Below are positions 32,503 through 39,258 of a DNA stretch of 41,135 bases, in pieces. The position numbers were made by a program, and so were the translations under genes. The stretch is from Candidatus Uhrbacteria bacterium RIFOXYA2_FULL_40_9. Lineage in GTDB: Bacteria; Patescibacteriota; Patescibacteriia; UBA9934; GWF2-40-263. The stretch lies in assembly GCA_001791615.1 (NCBI GenBank), contig MGEY01000054.1:1-41135 (forward strand), written 5' to 3'. How positions within the stretch are numbered: the first letter of the stretch is position 1; each line of letters starts with the position of its first letter. The notes below the pieces were generated by a model. That model was not told where the DNA came from, ran no database searches, and saw only the letters and a program-made list of their open reading frames with translations.

Positions 32503-33528
32503 ATGTGTAGTGTACAACAAGGTTATCCTGAAAGGCCTTCACCAGAAATTTTGGAAACAAACAGGGAACAAGAAACAGCCAAGAGAGAATTACGCGAACT
32601 AGGAATCGAGGGTTTTCCTGAAAATATTAAAGCTTTAATAGAACAACGCAGAACACAGCAACATCCAGAAGGATTTGAAGAAATTATTAGTCACCTAGAC
32701 GACACGGATGAACTTAAACGATTAATGACCGACAGAGGTGTTATATCTATTGTGCACTCGGAAGGAGCAAACGTTTGGGATCATTCGAAAATGGCAATTC
32801 AAGAAATTGAATCAATGCCAGTTTCGGAAGAAACAAAAAGAGACCTTAAATTGATTATGCTTTTTCACGATTTGGGCAAAACTCTTTCAGGTCAAAATGA
32901 AAAAAATATTGAACAAACAAAAAAGAAATTGGAAAAAGGAGCATTACAACAAGCAATGGTTGGTCATCATAAAGAAAGACTAGTTGATGTTGAGGCTGGA
33001 TTTAAGGCAAATGGAGTAGATGGTCAAAAACTTAAAATGTTTATGATGGTCGTTGAAAATCACATGAACACTTCACTTCTCGAACAAGATCCTAAAAAAA
33101 CGGTTAAATTATTTGAGGGGTTTGGGGAGAATGATGATGAGAGGAAAATAGTTGTTGAATTATTAACTCTTGTACTGCAAGCTGATGGAAACGCTACTCA
33201 GCGCGTAGATTTGGTTGATGGTGAATTAAAGTATTCAAGAAACGAAAAAAAATTAGAACTTGATTTTGACAGCGTGTGGAAAAAATACGAAGAAGGTAAA
33301 AAAATAGTGCAACAAGAGGAAGAAAAGAAAAAAAAGCAAGAAGCGGAAGTGGCCTTTGAAGTTTCTGTCTTCGGTAAAAAGTTATCTGATTATCTTGTTC
33401 AAGATCGAGGAATTAAGCCAGGACCAGAGATGGGTAAAGCAGTGGGCAAAATCAAGGGGCTCATTGCAGTAAATAAAGACAAAGCACCAGATGAAATAAA
33501 GAATATTATTGATGGTTTAGAAATATAA
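32503..33528 (+). CDS. HD-domain (HDIG-like) metal-dependent phosphohydrolase
   Basis: VWDHS ... LFHDLGK (HD at 32866-32871) ... GHHKE ... ENHMN ... LQADGNA, an H/HD/H/H/D series. Lys/Glu-rich C-terminal region. Confidence 0.7.
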   Translation: MCSVQQGYPERPSPEILETNREQETAKRELRELGIEGFPENIKALIEQRRTQQHPEGFEEIISHLDDTDELKRLMTDRGVISIVHSEGANVWDHSKMAIQEIESMPVSEETKRDLKLIMLFHDLGKTLSGQNEKNIEQTKKKLEKGALQQAMVGHHKERLVDVEAGFKANGVDGQKLKMFMMVVENHMNTSLLEQDPKKTVKLFEGFGENDDERKIVVELLTLVLQADGNATQRVDLVDGELKYSRNEKKLELDFDSVWKKYEEGKKIVQQEEEKKKKQEAEVAFEVSVFGKKLSDYLVQDRGIKPGPEMGKAVGKIKGLIAVNKDKAPDEIKNIIDGLEI

Positions 33529-33540
33529 AAATATAAACAA

Positions 33541-33573
33541 ATAACCACCAGACTTCAGTCCGGTGGTTATTTA
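33541..33573. terminator. Hairpin between the HD gene and the 3' end of tRNA-Ser (bidirectional terminator candidate)
   Basis: ATAACCACC / GGTGGTTAT 9-bp stem enclosing a small inner GAC/GTC helix. The flanking T runs are weak. Confidence 0.5.
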
Positions 33574-33631
33574 CTTAGATTCGTTTTTATTCGTAATGCC
33601 ACATGGGTTGCACGATACTGAATGTAAAACT

Positions 33632-33719
33632 TGGCGGAGAGGACAGGATTCGAACCTGCGTAAGATTTCTCTTAACACGCTTTCCAAGCGTGCGCCATCA
33701 ACCACTCGGCCACCTCTCC
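33632..33719 (-). tRNA. tRNA-Ser (anticodon GGA), CCA encoded
   Basis: The reverse complement folds as a class II tRNA. Acceptor GGAGAGG/CCTCTCC, anticodon stem CACGC/GCGTG with loop TTGGAAA, a long variable arm (TAAGA gaaa TCTTA), T arm GCAGG-TTCGAAT-CCTGT, discriminator G plus CCA. Confidence 0.9.
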
Positions 33720-33743
33720 ATTTTTTCATTCTTTTGTTGCGCC

Positions 33744-33772
33744 ATGATAACGCACTTGTGTGTAAATGACAA
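33744..33772 (-). promoter_or_regulatory. Sigma70-type promoter TTGTCA-17-TATCAT for tRNA-Ser
   Basis: On the minus strand, TTGTCA (33772-33767), a 17-nt spacer, TATCAT (33749-33744), about 25 nt upstream of the tRNA 5' end. Confidence 0.45.
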
Positions 33773-33790
33773 GAATTTTTCCAAACGTTT

Positions 33791-33799
33791 TGTTATACT
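33791..33799 (+). promoter_or_regulatory. Extended -10 (TGtTATACT) 8 nt from the start codon
   Basis: TATACT at 33794-33799, ATG at 33808. Confidence 0.45.
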
Positions 33800-33807
33800 A
33801 TCAGCAT

Positions 33808-34764
33808 ATGATTATCAATAGTGTCATGGTTCTTGCTGGTTTTTTTCTTTTAATTCGTGGGGCGGATTATTTTGTTACAGGCACAGCTTCAATAGCTCGT
33901 AAGCTCGGCATTCCTGCTCTCATCGTTGGACTCACAATCGTGGCGATTGGAACCTCTGCTCCAGAGCTTTGTGTGAATGTGATTGCTGTTGTTCGAGGGG
34001 CTTTTGATCTTTCTATTGGAAACATCATGGGAAGCAATCTTGTGAACATCATGGTTGCTCTTGGACTTGCTACGGCAATTGTTCCTTTGAAGTTAAAACA
34101 AGGAACCGTGTGGAAGGAAATCCCTTTTGCTTTACTTGTCACTTTTATTGTTCTTGTTTTTGGAAGTGACTTTCTTTTTGACGGAACTTTACCAAATGTG
34201 TTGAGTCGTACAGACGGCATGGCTCTTATTGCTTTATTTCTTATCTTCATTGCCTATACATTTGGCATGACTAAATCAGGAGAGCAACCAGAAGAACATA
34301 TTGAAGTCACACCGTGGTTACGATCTCTTACATTTACTCTTGGAGGAATGACCGCACTTATTTTAGGAGGATATATTACCGTGGAAGGTGCTGTTCAAAT
34401 TGCGACCACTCTTGGAATTTCTCAAAATTTGATTGGACTCACAATCGTGGCTATAGGAACTTCTTTACCAGAAATTGTCACAACCGTTATTGCAGCAAAA
34501 AAAGGGCATATAGATCTTGCAGTCGGAGGAATCGTAGGATCGAACATCTTCAATATTCTTTTGATTCTTGGGGTCAGTGCCACTATTCATCCACTTACAT
34601 TTTCTCTGGATTCTACAACAGATACATTGGTTGTAGCCTGTATGACGTTATTATTGTTTTTCTTTATGTTTATTGGAAAACGTCACACACTTGATCGCAA
34701 GCAAGGCATTCTGTTCATTATTCTCTATGGATTGTATGTGACATTTGCTATTTTTCGTGGGTAA
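33808..34764 (+). CDS. CaCA family Na+/Ca2+ (cation/Ca2+) exchanger
   Basis: Two alpha-repeat motifs (GTSAPEL...GNIMGSNLVNI and GTSLPEIVTT...GGIVGSNIFNILLILG). I chose the ATG at 33808 because of the adjacent -10 box. The ORF-track start is 33766. Confidence 0.85.
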   Translation: MIINSVMVLAGFFLLIRGADYFVTGTASIARKLGIPALIVGLTIVAIGTSAPELCVNVIAVVRGAFDLSIGNIMGSNLVNIMVALGLATAIVPLKLKQGTVWKEIPFALLVTFIVLVFGSDFLFDGTLPNVLSRTDGMALIALFLIFIAYTFGMTKSGEQPEEHIEVTPWLRSLTFTLGGMTALILGGYITVEGAVQIATTLGISQNLIGLTIVAIGTSLPEIVTTVIAAKKGHIDLAVGGIVGSNIFNILLILGVSATIHPLTFSLDSTTDTLVVACMTLLLFFFMFIGKRHTLDRKQGILFIILYGLYVTFAIFRG

Positions 34765-34779
34765 ACGAATAAAACAAAG

Positions 34780-34803
34780 AAACAGGGAAAGGCCTGTTTT
34801 TTT
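34780..34803 (+). terminator. Rho-independent terminator
   Basis: ACAGG gaaagg CCTGT followed by T7, with an A-tract upstream. Confidence 0.6.
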
Positions 34804-34838
34804 GATAGAAATTTACAGATAAGCCAAATTTCGATAGG

Positions 34839-36644
34839 ATGAAGAGTAGTATGGATCCAAAAGAGGAAATTAAACAAAAATGCGATGTAGTCGAGCTTGT
34901 TGGAGAATATCTCGATCTCAAACCTGCTGGTTCAGGGAGTTTTCGTGCTCCTTGTCCATTTCATGCAGAAACAGCTCCTTCCTTTTATGTTTCCGCAGAA
35001 AAGCAGATTTGGCATTGTTTTGGATGTGGAGAAGGAGGAGATATTTTTAGTTTTGTCATGAAAATGGAAGGAATGGATTTTCCTGAAGCCCTGCGTCATT
35101 TGGGTAAAAAAGTGGGTGTGGAAGTGCGAAGATTTTCTTCTGTCCAAAGCCAAGAAAAGCAACGGTTTGCGGATATGAACCAACTAGCATGTGCGTACTA
35201 TCAAAAAGTTCTTCAAACTTCTTCTCAAGCAGAACAGGCGCGTGTTTATGTGAAGGCACGAGGTATCCCTCAAGAACTTATAGAACGTTTTAGAATTGGA
35301 TATGCACCAGAGGCTTGGGATGCGTTAGCGCACTTTTTTGCAAAGCGCGGGTATGCAGATCATGAAGGGGAAAAATCTGGTCTTCTTTTGAAGAGCCGAA
35401 AAGGACAGGGGATGATAGATCGTTTTCGTCATCGTCTGATGATCCCACTTTGTGATCATCACGGATCTGTTCTTGGGTTTACCGGGCGTCTCTTGCCAGG
35501 ATCAGAGGAAAAGAGTGCAAAGTACATGAACTCTCCAGAAACACCACTTTATCACAAAAGCGATGTGCTTTTTGGTCTAGATTTGGCAAAAAGAGCTATT
35601 AAGGAAAATGGGTATGTGATTATTGTTGAAGGAAACCTAGATGTTGTTGCCTCTCATAAAGCTGGGGTTGAACAAGTTGTGGCAAGTTCTGGAACGGCTT
35701 TAACAGAGGCGCAGTTGAATTTACTCAAACGTTTTACACACACTCTTGTTTTTGCTTTTGATGCAGATGCCGCTGGTCTTGCTGCTGCAAAAAAAGGAAT
35801 ACGTCTTGCGTGTTCACTTGAGTTTGATGTTCGTGTTATTTCACTTCCAGAAGGGAGTAAAGATCCTGATGAACTTGTGCAAAAAGATCCGTCACAGTGG
35901 GTAAAGCTGACACGAGCAACCATTCCGGTTATGCAATATTTCATTGAAAAAACGGTTCAAGGGCGTGATCTTTCCAATATTGATGAAAAACGTTTTGTGG
36001 AAGCACAGTTGCGACCAGAGCTTGAGAGTATGCAATCTGTGGTAGAGAGAGAACATTGGTTTCAAATTATTGCAGATTTACTTCACACAGACCTATCAGA
36101 ATTTCGAAAATCTTTTTCTTCAATTACTCCAAACACTTCTCAAGGAAAAGTGATCAACAAACAAAATTTTGAAAAAGTCTTTCTGAGTTCTTCTGGAGAA
36201 GATCAAACTGCTATGCTTCTTTTAGGACTTTTTATTGAAAAGAAAGAGTATTTTGAAGAAGTACAAAATAGACTTTCTGAGCCACTTCTTTTTTCCGAGG
36301 ATCTCGGTCGTCTTTACACATGGATCAAAGAGGAGTATCATCAAACACAAGATCTTGCACAAAAACCTTTATTTTTGCGGTTGCGCCAACGAGCAGAGCA
36401 GGCCAATGAGACAGAAAATTTTATTCTGCTTCTCGACAAATCATCCCTCCTCGCTCAACAGTTCGTTGAAGACCTTCCGCCCCAAAAGGTGCAAGCACAA
36501 CTGACCCAACTTGCAGAGAGTCTCTGTAATGCGTTAAAGCGAAAACGCAAAAAAGCCTTAGAGGCAGATATTCGCAATGCAGAACAGCACGGTGATCATC
36601 AATCAGTTGAAAGACTTATTGAAGAATACCGAAAGCTGTCCTAA
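34839..36644 (+). CDS. dnaG: DNA primase DnaG
   Basis: Zn ribbon [11 protein letters not shown]...[14 protein letters not shown] polymerase core and TOPRIM ([16 protein letters not shown]). The start may be the ATG at 34851. Confidence 0.93.
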   Translation: MKSSMDPKEEIKQKCDVVELVGEYLDLKPAGSGSFRAPCPFHAETAPSFYVSAEKQIWHCFGCGEGGDIFSFVMKMEGMDFPEALRHLGKKVGVEVRRFSSVQSQEKQRFADMNQLACAYYQKVLQTSSQAEQARVYVKARGIPQELIERFRIGYAPEAWDALAHFFAKRGYADHEGEKSGLLLKSRKGQGMIDRFRHRLMIPLCDHHGSVLGFTGRLLPGSEEKSAKYMNSPETPLYHKSDVLFGLDLAKRAIKENGYVIIVEGNLDVVASHKAGVEQVVASSGTALTEAQLNLLKRFTHTLVFAFDADAAGLAAAKKGIRLACSLEFDVRVISLPEGSKDPDELVQKDPSQWVKLTRATIPVMQYFIEKTVQGRDLSNIDEKRFVEAQLRPELESMQSVVEREHWFQIIADLLHTDLSEFRKSFSSITPNTSQGKVINKQNFEKVFLSSSGEDQTAMLLLGLFIEKKEYFEEVQNRLSEPLLFSEDLGRLYTWIKEEYHQTQDLAQKPLFLRLRQRAEQANETENFILLLDKSSLLAQQFVEDLPPQKVQAQLTQLAESLCNALKRKRKKALEADIRNAEQHGDHQSVERLIEEYRKLS

Positions 36645-36711
36645 TCCAAATCCAACAGAACGCCATCTTGAAGCTCATGCGCTCGATGGGGTGATGTTGT
36701 TCTATTTGTTT

Positions 36712-37935
36712 ATGCCGAAAAAAAAGACAACACCAAAGAAACCAGTGGCAAAGAAGAAGGTTAATGCAAAAGGGAAACAAGCCACAAAAAAAACTGTTCC
36801 AAAAAAGAAAGACTTGCAAGAAGAACCAAAGGAACGGTATACACGTGCAAAAGCTCCTGATGAGGAGCAATTAGATCGTTTATTGCAAAAAGGAATGAAT
36901 CGAGGATTCATCACAGAAAATGAAGTTCTTTTTACCTTTGTTGAAGTCGAAGATTATCTTCAACTCTTTGAAGATTTTCTTGATCTCATGGAAGCAAAGG
37001 GGATTCATTTTGTAGAAATGAAGGAAGGTATTCTTGGAAGAGAAAAAGATCGTGAAGGAGTGTATGAGAAGATTCGTGTTACACATGAAAAGAAAAATGA
37101 TATTCCAGAGATCACACAAGATTCCATTCAAATGTATTTGCGTGAGATCGGAAAAATCCCTCTTTTGAATGGAGAACAAGAAGTTGCGCTTGCAAAACGC
37201 AAAGAGCGTGGTGATCGAGAAGCTGTTCGAAGGCTCATTGAAGCCAACCTTCGTTTAGTGGTTTCCATCGCAAAGAAATTTGTTGGAAAGCAAATGTCTT
37301 TACTTGATTTGATTCAAGAAGGAAATGTGGGTTTGTTCCGGGCAGTAAAAAAGTTTGAATATCGAAAAGGATATAAGTTCTCTACCTATGCCACGTGGTG
37401 GATTCGTCAAGCCATCACACGAGCACTCGCAGATCAGTCACGTACCATTCGCATTCCTGTGCACATGGTCGAGACGATCAATAAGTTCAAGCAAATTGAG
37501 CGTCAACTCATTCAAGATCTTGGTCGTGAACCACTCCCAGAAGAGATTGCCGCTGAAATGGGTCAATCCGTAGAAAAAGCGCGGCACATTAAAAAGATTT
37601 CTCAAGATACGGTTTCTTTAGAAACTTCTGTGGGTGATGATGATGAAGATTCAAAGCTTGAGGATTTCATCGAGGATATCAAGACTATTTCTCCAGATCG
37701 CAATGCTGCACGTGAGCTTTTGAAAGATTATGTTCATGAAGCCATGGAAGATTTGACTCCTCGTGAGCAAAAGATTTTAGAAATGCGTTTTGGTCTTACG
37801 GATGGCGTGAGTCACACACTTGAAGAAGTAGGAAGAGACTTTGATGTCACGCGTGAGCGTATTCGTCAAATTGAAGCAAAAGCTCTTGAAAAAATCCAGA
37901 TGAACCCACTGATTGAAAAATTACGAGATTATTAA
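36712..37935 (+). CDS. rpoD: RNA polymerase primary sigma factor (sigma70 family)
   Basis: Region 2 ([52 protein letters not shown]), region 3 and region 4 ([20 protein letters not shown]). I chose the start at MPKKK (36712), downstream of the dnaG stop. Confidence 0.93.
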   Translation: MPKKKTTPKKPVAKKKVNAKGKQATKKTVPKKKDLQEEPKERYTRAKAPDEEQLDRLLQKGMNRGFITENEVLFTFVEVEDYLQLFEDFLDLMEAKGIHFVEMKEGILGREKDREGVYEKIRVTHEKKNDIPEITQDSIQMYLREIGKIPLLNGEQEVALAKRKERGDREAVRRLIEANLRLVVSIAKKFVGKQMSLLDLIQEGNVGLFRAVKKFEYRKGYKFSTYATWWIRQAITRALADQSRTIRIPVHMVETINKFKQIERQLIQDLGREPLPEEIAAEMGQSVEKARHIKKISQDTVSLETSVGDDDEDSKLEDFIEDIKTISPDRNAARELLKDYVHEAMEDLTPREQKILEMRFGLTDGVSHTLEEVGRDFDVTRERIRQIEAKALEKIQMNPLIEKLRDY

Positions 37936-37940
37936 ATGAG

Positions 37941-37970
37941 AACACCCCTGAAAAAGGGGTGTTTTTGTTT
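37941..37970 (+). terminator. Rho-independent terminator after rpoD
   Basis: AACACCCCT gaaaa AGGGGTGTT (9 bp) followed by a T run. Confidence 0.85.
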
Positions 37971-38034
37971 TACGCGGTACGTAACCGGGTTAGGCGGTAC
38001 GTAACCGGGTTAGGCGGTACGTAACCGGGTTACG
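37971..38034 (+). repeat. 3.2 x 20-nt tandem direct repeat (iteron-like)
   Basis: ta[c/g]gcggtacgtaaccgggt at 37971, 37991 and 38011, then a partial 'tacg' at 38031. The only difference between units is at position 3. Confidence 0.9.
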
Positions 38035-38072
38035 TACTGTAGGATAGAACTTTTACAGTACAGAACGGATCC

Positions 38073-38101
38073 TTGACGAAAGTGGCTATTTCGGCTAAGA
38101 T
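38073..38101 (+). promoter_or_regulatory. Sigma70-type promoter TTGACG-17-TAAGAT
   Basis: TTGACG at 38073-38078, a 17-nt spacer, TAAGAT at 38096-38101. AGGAGG at 38140-38145 lies 4 nt before the ATG at 38150. Confidence 0.55.
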
Positions 38102-38149
38102 TTTTTGCTTGTTCTTTTTATCATTCACAAACTTCCAACAGGAGGCAAT

Positions 38150-39082
38150 ATGAGCAGCCATCAAGTTGAACTCTTTCCTACGGGTAAAGTTGTAGACAGA
38201 GGTCCTCACTATAGTGGTCATTTCGTTCCTGACCTTGTTGGTCGGGCAGCAGATTTGTACCAAAAAGGAGAAAAGGGTGGTAGCCATCTAAAAGAGATTG
38301 AGAATGCAGAAAGAGAAGTCCATCATCGAAGGTTTGATTGGTGGCAGGATATTGTGTGGTCTTTGCTAGGATTGTGTCATTGGATGTTATATGGTTTTAT
38401 GACTATTTGTTGGGTGTTTCTATGCGTGTTGACTCTAGTTGAAGGTAAGTTTACTTTTGCTGAATGGTTTACTCCCTTTCTTTTGGTACAAGCGATTCAC
38501 TGGTTGCTAACATTTATTATTTATCCGCTTGTTATCCTTTGGTGTCAGAGAAAGCTGAAAAAGGCAGAAGAGAGGGTGAAGACTCTGAAAGAAATGGGGC
38601 TTGTAAGAACGAAGGAAGAATGCAAGATTCTAGAAAATCCTTGGTACCAATTCGCGTCCCATGCGGCAAAGCTTCGTGATCTTTTCAATGAGAAAGCCAA
38701 GGCATGGAACATTATGGCCGAGGCTATTGATAAGGGAGTCATTGAACTCACGGATGAGTTGCAGCGCTATTACGACCATCTTGTCACAGTTCGCCAGCAA
38801 GTGGAACGTACGGTCAATACAGCGGATTTTTTGGTGAAGTACTATGAGGAAAGTGAGCGAAGCGGTCAGAGAATGAGTCATCATGAAATTAAGGAACTGC
38901 TCGCTCAGGTGGATGAAGCTCGTGCAAGAATGGATGCCTTTTTTGAGATTGAAGAGATGCCGTTTGACCCCGCAACAGTCACTGCCAGAGCGAAGACGAT
39001 TTTGCCAGAGGATGTTCCTGAAGTTGATCGAAAGCTGCTTATTGAGCGAGCTCTGGCCAGTCAGCATAGAGCCACTCGCTAG
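38150..39082 (+). CDS. Membrane protein with a cytoplasmic/extracellular coiled-coil tail, unknown function (GC-rich islet C)
   Basis: I chose the start at MSSHQVELFP (a strong SD precedes it). A hydrophobic block of 3-4 helices at about residues 75-145 is followed by a helical charged region. High G+C. Confidence 0.7.
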   Translation: MSSHQVELFPTGKVVDRGPHYSGHFVPDLVGRAADLYQKGEKGGSHLKEIENAEREVHHRRFDWWQDIVWSLLGLCHWMLYGFMTICWVFLCVLTLVEGKFTFAEWFTPFLLVQAIHWLLTFIIYPLVILWCQRKLKKAEERVKTLKEMGLVRTKEECKILENPWYQFASHAAKLRDLFNEKAKAWNIMAEAIDKGVIELTDELQRYYDHLVTVRQQVERTVNTADFLVKYYEESERSGQRMSHHEIKELLAQVDEARARMDAFFEIEEMPFDPATVTARAKTILPEDVPEVDRKLLIERALASQHRATR

Positions 39083-39106
39083 AAGACCCCCAAAAGGGTC
39101 TTTTTT
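39083..39106 (+). terminator. Rho-independent terminator
   Basis: AAGACCC ccaaaa GGGTCTT followed by a T run. Confidence 0.8.
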
Positions 39107-39150
39107 CTTACGAACATTTCTCTTTCCCGTTGACAAGGATGAGTTTTTGA

Positions 39151-39179
39151 TTGACAATTTGGCCATTTTTTGTTATCCT
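39151..39179 (+). promoter_or_regulatory. Sigma70-type promoter TTGACA-17-TATCCT (TGt extended)
   Basis: TTGACA at 39151-39156 and TATCCT at 39174-39179. A second TTGACA lies at 39130-39135. Confidence 0.5.
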
Positions 39180-39258
39180 TCAACGTTCTTTCAGTGCTTT
39201 GCACTGGTGATTTTTCCTGTTCTTTTCATCTCACCCAACACCCTCCCAAGGAGCACCT

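Noticed and set aside
33563-33821. ORFs 33563-33769 and 33603-33821 (+).
   Set aside because: They run straight across the minus-strand tRNA-Ser and its promoter. They are spurious.
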